Shown here in pieces: positions 11,685 to 23,580 of a DNA stretch of 63,788 nucleotides. The stretch is from positions 1-63,788 of the forward strand of contig NW_022985739.1 in NCBI RefSeq assembly GCF_902459465.1, in the 5' to 3' direction. The notes under the pieces are model-generated. The model ran no database searches, had not been told where the DNA came from, and worked only from the letters and a program-made list of their open reading frames with translations. The position numbers and the translations under genes were made by a program. Origin of the DNA: Asterias rubens. Its lineage: Eukaryota. Numbering within the stretch: the first letter of the stretch is position 1; each line of letters starts with the position of its first letter.

Positions 11685-14460
11685 ACCCGAATGCTGTACA
11701 CTTTACCGATTCGTGGCATCATCCTGAAATTTAATTTGAATTAAATGACGACACTCAGCTATACATCACATATAAATCTTCTCAAGAAAACGCCAATGCA
11801 TCTATTGCAAGCATTCAAGAGATTCGACGTTGGACACAACAAAACTTCCTGAAGTTAAATGATGATAAGACAGAGTTCCTTCTATTTGGGTCACGTCAAC
11901 AGTTAACAAAGGTTTCAGTGCCAGACATTTCCATCAGTGATGCTCGGATAGCTCCCTCGCTGAAATCTCGGAACTTAGGGATTATTTTGATTCATCGATG
12001 ACACTTCAGCCACACATCAACAACATTGTTCGTCTATCATCATATCACATCAGGAATATAGGTAAGATTCTCAAGTACTTGGACAAAAGTGCCACGTAAA
12101 AGGTCATTCATGCATTTGTTACTTCTCGTCTTGACAACGGCAATGCTCTTAGCTCTACAGTCTTCCAAACAACCAGATTTACTGACTTCAACGGCTCCAA
12201 AAAAACTGCTGCCCGCATTGTGACACTGTCTAGAAAATCCTGTTCTATCACCCCCATTCTAAAACAACTACACTGGCTCCCTATCTCTCAACGAATCATC
12301 TTCAAGCTGATGCTCATTGTCCACAAAGCTCTTAATGGCAAGGCTCCCCACTATATTTCTGAACTGCTTCAAGTTTACACTCCATCAAGGAATCTTCGAT
12401 CAAATTCCATGCTTCTTCCCATTGAACCCAAGTCTCGACACACATTGGTGTATCAGGTGTCGAAAAACAACTTGCATCTCTAAATCCGACCAAAGCGTGC
12501 GAGCCAGATGAGCTACCACCTAGGCTGTTGAAAACTGTTGCACACAAACTTGCACCTTCTCTCCACCCAGGCTGTTGAAAACTGTTGCACACAAACTTGC
12601 ACCTTCTCTAACATTTTTGTTCCAACAATCAAACAACCTTGGCATTGTCCCCTCCCAATGGAAACAAACTCTTGTAACTGGTATCTACAAGAAGGGACCT
12701 AAATCACAACCATGCAACTATCGCCCAATTTCTCTTACCTGTATCTGCAGCAAGGTTATGGAACATATAATTCTCAGCCACGTCGCAAAACACATAAACA
12801 TGAACAACATCCTCATCGACTCTCAGCATGGTTTCGAGAACGCCTATCCACTGTTAGGCAACTTATCACATCCACTCATGACTGGGCTTCTACACATACA
12901 CATCGTGGCCAGACCGATGTCATACTACTTGATTTCAGCAAGGCGTTCGACAAAGTTCCACATCTACGATTGTCTGTCAAGCTTGATCACTATGGTATCA
13001 GAGGCTCTACACTAGATTGGATTCTTTCGTTTCTAGACAATCGGATCCAGGCTGTATCTGTGAATGGAACCCACTCATCATGGGGGAGGGTTTCATCTGG
13101 AGTACCCCAAGGCTTAGTCCTAGGTCCGGCTTTGTTTCTACTATATATTAACGACATTCAAGACCAGGTCCAGTCAAAGATGAGATTATTTGCTGATGAT
13201 AGCATCCTCTACCGTGAAATAGAGCAACCAGAAGATCATTCAATTCTCCAGAAAGATCTCGAGGCACTTGCTGATTGGTCATCCACCTGGTTAATGCATT
13301 TCAACATAAAGAAACTGTGCCATTCTGTCAATAACCAAGGGAAAACCCTCACAACACCAGTACATCATTTTTGGTGAAGCACTTGAAAGGGTGAGTCAGC
13401 ATGATTACCTTGGAGTAGCTATCTCACACGATCTCCGCTGGGATGCCCACTGCCAGAAGATCAGACAGAAGGCCAACCGCACATTAGGACTGCTCCGTCG
13501 CACACTTTCACCATGACATCAAGGTGTCAAGGCAAAAGCCTACCAAACGCTCGTCCGCCCACAACTTGAGTATGCTGCCCAGGTATGGAACCCATACACC
13601 CTGGATGGAGTCAACCGCCTAGAGCAGGTTCAAAGAGCTGCAGCTTGCTTTGTCTTTGGTGATTACCGCAGAACAACATCGGTCACGCCCCTTATTACTA
13701 CCTTGGGCTGGGATCCACTTCATAACAGACGACTACTTTTCCAAACGACAATGTTCCATAAAATCCATCATGGACTTGTCAATATCCAGTTTCCATCAAT
13801 TATCCAACCAGCACATTACATTGGACGTCATGACCACCCATTGAAATATACAATTCCTGAAGCATCCATTGATCTATACAAGTTCTCCTTTATCCACGCA
13901 CCGTGAAGATTTGGAACCAGTTGCCCACAGCTGCTGTCCTGGCTACATCACCCACCGCCTTCCAGGAAGCCGCCCTGCCTGCCATTAAAGTGATGAGGCT
14001 ACCGGTTGGTTCCAAGCTCCTCTAATTCTCCTAGTCAAGCTTTTTAACCTGCACCCAAGTTTTTTGTTGGATTTTGTCAACTTCTTGTGATTTTGTCTGC
14101 ACTTTGTCTATTTTCTTTCTTCACTTGCACCTTACAGCTGTGACGCCACGCTGCACCCATCCCAGTTAAGCCAAATTTGTGCTGCAAAGGGATCACACTA
14201 CTCAAGACTCAAGACAGCTCTTTTCTTCAGCTGCGCCCACATCTGGAACTCTCTACCACTTAATCTTCGATCTTGTCTTTGTACGACAAAATTCAAATCT
14301 CTTCTCAAAACTTATCTTATATCACAGGTTTTCAAGGACTAATTTTTGTTGTGTCTGTTTGTCTTTGTTTTGTTTTTGGTTTTACTGCGCCTTGAACACC
14401 CAGCAGGGTGAATATGTGCGCATTACAAGCCTTAATTGTTATTATTATTATTATTAATAA
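11685..14460 (+). mobile_element. 5'-truncated L2 LINE with (ATT)n tail, split by a second LINE (duplicate about 29090-31865)
   Basis: DDTQLY, NFLKLNDDKTEFLLFG, LHWLPISQRIIFK, then after the insertion SSAAP..WNSLP..KSLLKTYL and an ATT tail at 14435-14460. Confidence 0.85.
12451..14213 (+). mobile_element. 5'-truncated RTE-X/CR1-like LINE nested in the L2 (duplicate about 29856-31618)
   Basis: NYRPISLTCICSKVMEHII, LLDFSKAFDKVPH, GVPQG, FADD, frameshifted; ends with tcaagactcaagac; 47-bp internal tandem duplication near 12517-12610. Confidence 0.85.
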
Positions 14461-15912
14461 ATTACCAATAGCAAAAACAAATGGTGCATCAAAACTTGAA
14501 AAAGGCCTTAAATTCCAACTTCTGAAAGGTAGGCACATCATCCCTCAGAATCCCTAGATTGCACCAGAGAGCATCTATGACCTTAAATTTTCCCTGACCT
14601 CCACGCCGTAAATGTTTCGACTTCTGATGTGTCCCCCCCCCCTTTCAAGACAGATTGACGCCCATGACTCAAATAATATGTAAGATACAATTATTGTCTA
14701 CATTATTTGGGGATTTGAAAAAAGTGCAAAAATTGTTATCTTCAATGGTTGATGGCAGGATTGTTTTGGTGAAAAAAAGTATATTGATCATCTGTGACAC
14801 CAAAGTTTCTGGAGTAAAATCATCTTTAAATATTAAAATCAATCAACTGTTTTGTGGTTTTGTTTCCCAAGCAAGATTTTATGTGAAGAACTTGATTCAT
14901 TATATTTTTATTCTTCCCACTTGACAAGTACTTGACTAAAAGCTGTGAATAATTGAAGGGATAATCAGATACAGCAAAGTATGGGGATTACATTTTGAGG
15001 CTAGATTGACCTCATACAAACATGTATGTAATGTTCCCATAAATCTACAGGCTTATGTAACCTCATGCATAAGTCAAGTATAGGGTGGTGTTACCTGTTT
15101 GTCAAATGCATGATCAACTTTGAAAAAGAATATGAAGCTACAACTATAAAGACTGTGTGATTGAAATTGACACATACTTAGACACAGCTTTGTCATCTCA
15201 CAACGTTTTGAATATATTCAATCTGACCCACACCTCATGTGCAAAATTAATGACACCTCATGTGCAAAATGTAGTTCAAAGATGTCATTATTGTACTAGA
15301 GTTTGTGGGAAATATGTACATTTTCATTTGCATAGCTTTTATTAACAGCATCAGCTTCACTCTTCATTTCTATCATGCATTGTCAAACGTACCTAAGTAT
15401 TCATTACTTCCTGTCCATGTACAATGTACATGGATGTCTTACAATATGTTTGTGTTCTTTGTTCTTTTTTTTTAATAATAGGCGGGAAAAAGTATTTGAA
15501 GTGTTTATACGCAGAATCAAATAAGTCACAGCCTCTGAAAACTGTTATATTGACAAAAAGGAGCTTTGGATACACCTGATCATCAGTTGGGCGTCCACAC
15601 TGTGGTCCACAAACCCAACAAATTTGGTCAGCATGGCTTCTTTTCAATGTACAGGTGACCAGCATTACTGTACACTTGGCATAGCGTGCTTCTTTTGAAG
15701 TGGCACACCTGGCATCTTCTAAAGGTACAGGTGACACCACCATTAATGGGCAATGAAGCCCATTCATTATTTGGCACACCGTGCATCTTTTCCTTTTGGG
15801 TACACTCACACCAACCATTCTTCGGCACCAAGCCCAAATTATTTAATTAGCAAATGACAAACATCTGTGTGTACACCTGAACCATAATATAGGCACACAG
15901 ATGGGATGCAAT

Positions 15913-16215
15913 GTGTCATGGCCGAGCGGTTAAGAGTACCGGATTCAAGCCCTGGTGTTTGATCAGCAGGGTGTGGGTTCCAATCCCGGTCGTCACACAT
16001 ATGCTATATAAAATTGGGGAGGTAGTGCTTTCTGCTCTACCGGCCAGGCTTCGGACTGAGGATACCCAAGCCTACATCCGTATGGACTGTAAAAGGGGTC
16101 CCTGTTTCAGCCCTAGGAGTAGGTGGCAACCGCCTCTGGACAAAAATAATTGTAGCCCACACCTTGAAGTAGCCTTCAGGCCTTGTGTGTCTGGCGACTT
16201 GCATAGAAAAAAAAT
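15913..16215 (+). mobile_element. tRNA-derived SINE (duplicate about 33326-33630)
   Basis: GTGTCATGGCCGAGCGGTTAAG A-box, GGTTCCAATCC B-box, A-rich end. Confidence 0.7.
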
Positions 16216-16368
16216 GAAACAATTATTGGAACTAGTCATATACCGACAATGAGGTTAACCCCTCAAACAATTAAGTTGTGCAATTCCACCTTGGCACATG
16301 TAATCAGAACTGGCCCCTGTGGTAACCTCAAAGTGCTATAACACATTTTATTGTTACAATATTAGATC

Positions 16369-16640
16369 TTAAAGGCAGTGGACACTATTGGTAATACTCA
16401 AAGTAATTATTAGCATAAAACCTTACTTGGTAACCGTAATGAAGAGTATAAATGATTGTGAGAAACGGCTTCCTCTGAAGTAAAACAGTTTTTGAGAAAG
16501 AAGCAACTTCTCACTAAAATATTTTACTTTGATTTTGAGACCTTAGAATTAGAATTTTAGGTCTCGAAATCAAGCATCTGAAAGCACACAACTTGTGCAA
16601 CAAGGGCGTTAATTCTTCCATTATTCTCTCGCAATGACTG
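16369..16640. mobile_element. Truncated TTAA-type MITE, same family as 42812-43197 (further fragment at 3045-3186)
   Basis: Begins TTAAAGGCAGTGGACACTATTGGTAAT and follows the reverse complement of the 43 kb copy. Confidence 0.75.
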
Positions 16641-16702
16641 GAAATGTTTATAAACAAAACTTCAACAACTTTCAGTAAAACACATTAAACAAATCTACTC
16701 AC

Positions 16703-16822
16703 CTAGAGTTGGTGGCATGTATGTGCTACAAGACTTCTTCGGTCGTTTAATTTCATACCTTTCACAAAACTGTTGACTATAAGATGCAACGCAGCAGTAG
16801 TACCTTGGCGAAACCTCTTTTT
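16703..16822 (-). CDS. Exon (left copy): AMOP C-terminal part
   Basis: Duplicate of 34117-34236; 120 bp, phase 1 to 1, canonical AG/GT. Confidence 0.9.
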   Translation of the reverse strand, partial: KKRFRQGTTAALHLIVNSFVKGMKLNDRRSLVAHTCHQL

Positions 16823-17039
16823 CTAAACAAAAATAAGCAAGAAAAACAAATTCATTAAGAGCAATTCAGTGACTAAAAATACTAGAAATACAAACCCTTC
16901 AAAAAGAGTATAACATTATGGTTTTTAATTTTCAATGTGTTAACTTGTGTTTGAGTGCTCTATCATTGAGTACATGTTCAAGTCCATGTCCTCGGTAATG
17001 TCCTGCATCCAACTACTTGAACTGAATCCAAGTTGTAAC

Positions 17040-17975
17040 TCTAGCGAGAAAGAAAACCAAATCTCGGTCATATGAAGTGATGACCAAAACTGGCAAAATG
17101 AACCAAAGAAATCGCAGAGATCTCTGCAGCACCAAGTGGATTACAGTCCAATCAACCCGATCATTGACACCAATGTATCAAAGAAGGAAACAACCATTAA
17201 AGCGAATATAGAACTATTACAAGACGCAGGACAACCAGAACCTTTGGTCACAACAAGTTTAGGACGCACAGTGAAACAACCCTCACATCTCATTGACTTT
17301 GTAACCTACTTAAAGATACAGACTTGAGAAAAGAACAAATGTCAGAAAGTAGATTTGAAAGGCTATGTGAGACACATCATTATTTTGAAAACTGAACCCA
17401 TGGAGCTACAATATTCTATTGAATGAAAAATATTTGAATTCAATCTTCTCTACAGAATCGTTTATTTCTTGATTGGAGGAAAGATGTGATCTTGTCTAGC
17501 TACTAGGAGCAAGTTCGATCAACGACCATAGTTAACCATAGTTCGACTAACTCTGATCGAACCCGCATTAGTCAACGATAGTTAAACCCGTGTAGTCGAC
17601 TATTCGCGACCATCCACTCGAGGCTGGTCGAGCTTGGTCGCATCGTTGGTTACCAATAGCAATTTGTCATATCACAGTGTGCTGCAGGCAGAGAGGACCA
17701 GTTATTCTTAAAATAGCTGAAAAGAAGTGAGTATGGACTTTTTATGTGTTCAGGCATAGAGCTATGGTTCACGGTCATCTTTTTCTCACACGGTCGCTAG
17801 AAAACGACTAGAGTCAGTCGCACGCTTATTTCAGCGTGCATGCGCTTCGTACGTCACGAACTAACCACTAGTCGACGATTGTACTCTGATCGAACTTGCT
17901 CTAGTTCCAGATTACCACAGTCTTCATATATGTTATTATTGTTACTTGCACACTGGTGGAGTTTATGACAATACG
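17040..17975 (+). mobile_element. 3' remnant of a Gypsy-like LTR retrotransposon (integrase tail, PPT, start of 3' LTR)
   Basis: TTSLGRTVKQPSHLIDFV resembles the T.SGR.VK.P.RL.D integrase tail; polypurine GGAGGAAAGA directly followed by TGTG at 17485. Confidence 0.55.
17507..17901. mobile_element. 395-bp MITE with 15-bp TIRs and 3-bp TAG TSD (duplicate 34922-35316)
   Basis: TAG-GAGCAAGTTCGATCA ... TGATCGAACTTGCTC-TAG; a 3-bp TSD suggests PIF/Harbinger. Confidence 0.85.
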
Positions 17976-17979
17976 ATTT

Positions 17980-19765
17980 GATTAGATTATTAGATTATAG
18001 ATTATAATTCTTTATTGTCCGCATAACATATACAGATAATTGTTTTCCATTGGCAATTGGAGACATTAAAAAATTATTATTATTATTATTATAATAAACA
18101 TGTTCATAAAACCGAACAATAAAATGTAAAGCACAATACAAACCACGAAAAAATTGTTTATTGCTAAAATTACAGCGAATGATTGGAATAGATTACTGAC
18201 AATACTTACAAGTTACTTTAAAATTATACAAAACATTTGTGGTACAGTTAAAAAATAAGTAATTACCGTTTGACTAAAGAATTAAAAAGATGAATTGAAT
18301 TGGGAACAAAGGATTGTCGAAAACGAAGTGATTTTGTTTGTGGTGGATGGAGTCTAATACCAGAGCGATTAAAAACAAAGCAATTAAAAAGTGGGTGGGT
18401 CGGGTCCTTCATTGCTGTACTTAACTTGGCAACCATTTTTGTTTCAAATTCTATATCCAAGGATGGCAAGATTAAACCTATGATCCGCTGAGCATTTTTC
18501 TTTACCCTGTCAAATTTCTTCTTACTCTGCTGTGAAAGTAAACCGTATGTACATATTAAGTTAAAAGTTAAAACACTCTGTATCAAGGACTGATAAAATA
18601 AACGCAAGATAGATCGGTCTACATGAAATTTCTTCAGTTTTCTCAAAAAGTACAAACGTTGGTTAGCTTTACTGTATATCGTTTCAGTATTCCTATTCCA
18701 GTTCAGTTGATCATCCACTACAGTTCCAAGATACTTATATTCATTGACTCTTTCTACAATGCAGTTATTGATAGTGAGAGGGTCATGTGTCTCAGCACCT
18801 CGTCGAAAATCAAAAATCATCTCCTTAGTTTTCTGTACATTTATTGAGAGATAGTGACGATTACACCAGTCAATAAAATTCATGACCTCTGTTACATACT
18901 CGGTAGAGTCATTTTTCAAGTACCCAGTAATTACCGTGTCATCTGCATATTTAATGATGCTGCAATTTGAGCTGGAACATAAACAGTCACTGGTATATAA
19001 CAAAAATAACAAAGGAGAGATGACACATCCTTGAGGAACACCAGTATTGATATATTTTACATCAGAACAAACACCTCCTACTTTGACCCACTGTGGCCTA
19101 TCTCTTAAAAATCCATGTATCCATCGCACAATTTGGGGTGAGATATTCATTTGTAATAATTTCTGCGCAAGGATATGAGGTTGTATTGTGTTAAAAGCAC
19201 TGGAGAAATCAATAAACAGAGACCTGACGTATGTTCAGGGTGAGTCCAGGTGATTGTAAAGTTTGTGAAGATAGACAAGCACTGCATCGTCAACTCCCCT
19301 ACTTTGCCTGTATGCAAATTGAAGATTATCAAGAAATGGGCTAGCCTGGCTAGTGAGAAACCTTGTGATCAATCTTTCCAAGCATTTCATGATATTGGAT
19401 GTTAATGCAATCGGACGATAATCATTTAACACAGTAGCCTTCTTTTGCTTTGGCACTGGGACTATCATTGACATTTTCCAATTTTTGGGGATAGAACCTT
19501 CATCTAATGTCATTTGAAAAATTGATGTGAGTACATTGGCAAGTTGATGGCTACATGACTTTAAAATTCTGTTACTAATACCATCAGGTCCAACAGCTTT
19601 ATTTAACTTCAGACCTGAGAAGACATTCCTAACATCAGCTTCATTAACGGTAACATTGTCAGTTAGTGAAACATTTGCTAATGTCTCTGCAGTAAAATCG
19701 CGAATATCAAATCTACAGTAAAAATTGTTCAGTTCATCTGTGAAGTCCTTGATAACCCAGATAAT
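17980..19765 (-). mobile_element. 5'-truncated Rex1/Babar-type LINE RT (duplicate about 35395-37181)
   Basis: DYRPIALTS, FAYRQSRGVDDAV, LFIDFSSAFNTIQP, GVPQG, KYADD; 3' end caataaag followed by an (aatct)-like tail. Confidence 0.9.
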
Positions 19766-19859
19766 ATTTCCATGTGAGTTATTTCTATTGTTGATAGTAT
19801 TTACATTATAAACCACAAGGGAAACTGATTGGGTACATTTTATAAATGATTTTGGGTTG

Positions 19860-19925
19860 AACAAAGAAAAATTGACTAAGCGAGTGGGACTCGAACCAAC
19901 GACCTCCAGATTAACTTGGCAGTTC
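19860..19925 (-). mobile_element. tRNA-derived repeat fragment (B-box half only)
   Basis: Minus strand GGAGGTCGTTGGTTCGAGTCCCACTC; no 5' half, so not an intact tRNA. Confidence 0.5.
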
Positions 19926-20488
19926 CCTCTTTGTCAATATCTCTGTTGTCAATATCTTTGTTTGGGGTGCCAGTCAGAAACAAATACAACCGTTAACTGC
20001 CGTGTATCAAACCCAAATTATGATACAACCTGGGAAGGGGCAGCCAGGGGATATACATGTAGTCAGAGGCAAATACTATTACAAGGTCAATCATTCAAAG
20101 TGGTATGAAAACCTTTAAATATATAACTGTAAGAAGGCTTACGTTTCAAAAGTCAACCTCTTTTCTTTTTTTATTGTTAAACAATCTGCATGTTAACACA
20201 GAGACCATTGGTGATTGTCCTTGGAAGCCCGTATGTAACGTAAATGATGAGTTTAATACAATAATGAGGGTAATAACTTTATTAAATTTCCAGATCACAT
20301 TATTAGATTGTGTTTAATACTACTGACACCAGATTTCAAAGAAAGGGAATACTATCTTCCTGCTTGAATTGTTGAAGCAATGCATTCTTGCTGCCAGATT
20401 ATCAAAATTAAGATACTTTGTCAATTTGTTTGAATAAATTGCATCAAATTGTCACAGTTTGTAATACGTGTAGAACATTTTTACTTAC

Positions 20489-20674
20489 CAATCCAAGTGT
20501 TATATCTGTCCTGTAAAGTACCACTGCCAGAGGTAAAGAATGGGTTGAATGAAAAGCGCTCAGAAACAGCCCCAAAGAAAACGTCATTTGGAAACTGCAT
20601 TAATGCTTCCAAATTGTCATAGCAACATAGTAATCCTGGCGAATCACTTGCCAAGAATGTACGATAATAGCAAT
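20489..20674 (-). CDS. Exon (left copy): AMOP middle
   Basis: Duplicate of 37905-38090; 186 bp, phase 1 to 1, canonical AG/GT. Confidence 0.9.
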
Positions 20675-20979
20675 CTGTAGTGTAATAAGGAGAAAAGCAA
20701 TGTACATGTTATATAATACACTTTACTTACAATGTACCTCAATTTCAAACCATGGGCACGATTTGTATAAAACAAAAGGCTCACAGAATTCTTTTAATTA
20801 AGGGTTCTCCACTCAAAAACTTTTCTCTTAATTTATATCAACTTGCAGAAATAAAATTACATTATTGTTTTACACTTATTTAATTCTAGCATTGTTACTC
20901 CCCAATGAAAAAGTTGCTAATAACACACAAAAAACATGCTTCTTTAAGCTAAGTTTGTAAGTTTATCAGCTACTCATAC

Positions 20980-21445
20980 CTTTTGGTAATAAGGGCCAAC
21001 TAAAGGAAACAGCTTCATCAATACCCAGATCAGTCAAATTTAACAACTCGTATCTACTATCAAGCATAGCTTGATTGTGACTACATGGACAGTCATCAGT
21101 AGGCATCCAAGTTGATGGGTCTGGCTGAACAGCTTGCCATTGGTTACATTCTTGTTCAGGATTGACATAGGTATCTGAGTTGGAATCCAATCTGTATGCC
21201 CAGATACCTAACTGGTTAGTGTTACCAAGATACATGTCTGGTCTCTTATGGATGTCAATTGAGTCTTGTGGATCAGGATCATTGATGTACGTGCTTTCTC
21301 CATTAGGGCATTTGTATCCAATCACAACATCTTGAAATGGAAGCACATTAAAGTCCCAAAGCATGTGCCCAACTTCATATTGGAATATAGTGTATCCCTG
21401 GCGACCATTAGTTGCAACAGTTGCTTGAAACGTATTGGTCAAGTT
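20980..21445 (-). CDS. Exon (left copy): NIDO C-terminal part plus AMOP start
   Basis: Duplicate of 38396-38861; the ORF track gives identical 200-aa translations for both; 466 bp, phase 0 to 1. Confidence 0.9.
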
Positions 21446-21947
21446 CTGCAAATTGAAAAGAAATTCAAGTCCTTTTATATTATAAAAATAACAGTGATGC
21501 TCACCAAACTGTGTTCTTGTACCCGAGCGCTGAACCTTGACATTGATCTGTTGACTTGAACTCACCACCTTTACCTAGACCTTCAACCTTTAAATAATAA
21601 ACAATCTCAAACTTTTCCCCAAGGGAAATCCCACCCAGTATACAAGACAAGTGCAAATGGCACTTCTAACTGGAGTTCTGATACTGAAACCATTAGGCTA
21701 CAACTCACCATCATGACCTACCTCTAACCTTTTCACCTCCAAAACAACCCAAACTTTCTTTTCCCAAAGGGCAAATCCTTTGTCTGAAGTGCTCAGTACT
21801 GCTGGCTACTGTGATCCATGTACAATGTACATAATATCAGGTTTGGCAATGCCAGCAAGGGCATTGTATTTTAATGTGCAAATCTAGAAAGTGATTTTCA
21901 TGCTGGGCATGATGAATAAAGAAATGAATTGAATTGAATTGAATTGA

Positions 21948-22790
21948 AGCTGGTATTGTCTGTTTGTTTTAGGCAGCCAGTGATGGATCTGCAACTGTTG
22001 TTGAGAGCATGGTCAACTATCTTTGCATGATAAGGACCTTTCCCAGACGGGCCATCCAGGCATACTCTGCAGCAGAGTGGCAAAGAGCGTGGATACATTG
22101 GCACCCCATGATGAGTTTGTAAGTTGTTTCTGGTTCTCACTTCACCTTTTACCTTGTTTATATAGACCGTATCGAACCATTCAAAAACCTGCCCTACAAC
22201 ATGGCGTGCTTGAGCGTGTGTGTGTAAACGCTTCGGCTGCGTGCTTCATTGATGTACGCGTTTAGACGCGCATACGGTTTGCCCCACAACGGTTTGCCCT
22301 GGCGACTTTCATAGCAACAAGGGGTTATTCAATACGGCCTATATGCTGCTTGTACAAGAGCGTCTGGTCCAGGGTGACACCGAGGTATACCGGGAAGATG
22401 CAGTGGACACCATTCCACATCGGGGGACAATTTCTTCCTAGCGTCACCATGTAAGTGTAACAGGATTACCTGGGTCTCGGTAGGATTTGCCTCGAGTTGG
22501 TTGACTGTGTAATAGGTTGTGAGGCTGTCTAGGGCTGATGTGAGGGTGGCCTCAATGTTATTCCAGATGGTGCTCCGGGCTGCAATCCCAAGGTCAGCAT
22601 ACATGAAACTTCTTGCCCTTGGTTGGTCATATTGGTGTAGATGTTGAATAGCACAGGAGCAAGGACCATTCCTTGGGGCAGGCCATTCCTTTGTTTCCTC
22701 CATCTGCTGCACTTTCCATTTGGTTTAATACATAGCGCCTGTTTTCTAGTAGCTGGTGTACCAATTTGGTGCGGTGAAAGTCATTTGTCA
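21948..22790 (-). mobile_element. Vingi/Ingi-like LINE RT fragment with internal interruption (duplicate about 39362-40207)
   Basis: RNGLPQGMVLAPVLFNIYTN, RSFMYAD, NQLEANPTETQV, HAKIVDHALNNSCRSITGCLK; clade assignment from memory of the motifs. Confidence 0.7.
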
Positions 22791-23300
22791 TTTTGGCTAC
22801 ATGGATGACAATGAGGCAAAGTCACGAATCAAATGTGCCAAAATGACCATTATCTGTGCTAAATGGTCAATTGATAAGGAAATAAAAGGGTAGCGACGAG
22901 TTCTTACACGGCCGTTTAAAGCCGGCAGTGTCGAATTGCCGTGTATATATAGATTACGCACGCGCGCTTAGAAGTATATTACGCGATGTTACTAATAGCT
23001 ATGAATTGCGTTCCGCGTGATAATTTTGCGCGCCTGACACGCAGAAGCCAGCAGGTTATAAAAACCTTTCATTACCAACCGTTTAAACACCCCACGTGAC
23101 GCGCTCTCCACCAACAGGAGTAGATAAACTGTCTGGGGTATTTATGAATAATGATTTATTAACAAACTGATCAAGCTTCAGAACCATCAATGGTTTACAC
23201 ACAGATTTGTACCAGTAAGCACACAACACACAATTAACCCTCATCTCTTGAAAAAACCCTTGTTTGGGTATTTGCAAGACTGGGTTAAACAATGACTCCA

Positions 23301-23580
23301 GGTGGGTTCGAATCCTTGTGGTGACACTTGTGTCCTTGAGCAAGACACTTGACCATAAGCTTCTCTCCAGCCAGGGGTAAATGGGTACCTGTGAGGGCAG
23401 AGTTGGTTCTTGTGATTGATTAGCTTTAGTGTGCTACATGCAGCACAGGCTGTACACTCCCCAGGGAGCTGAGATGGTTTAAGGAATGATTTAAGGCCCA
23501 GTGGCAGGGGTAATAACGTTGAAGCGCCATGAGCGTCACTGCGTCATGAACCTGACCGCTATATTAGAAGCCACTATTAT
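23301..23580 (+). mobile_element. 5'-truncated SINE, same family as 47903-48260; tail is the insertion site of the 1.6 kb array (duplicate 40879-41170)
   Basis: GGTTCGAATCC, GTCCTTGAGCAAGACACTT, CCAGGGGTAAATGGGTACC core and (ATT)n tail. Confidence 0.8.

Larger units (their letters stand above)
11024..23580 (+). repeat. ~12.6 kb duplicated block, left copy
   Basis: Colinear and near-identical to 28429-41157 (offset about 17405-17416, larger after a 161-bp indel); all TEs and exons inside occur twice. Confidence 0.97.

Noticed and set aside
15393-15837. Cys-rich ORFs as the missing AMOP exon
   Set aside because: No phase-compatible splice pair with an AMOP motif; the exon at 16703-16822 fits.
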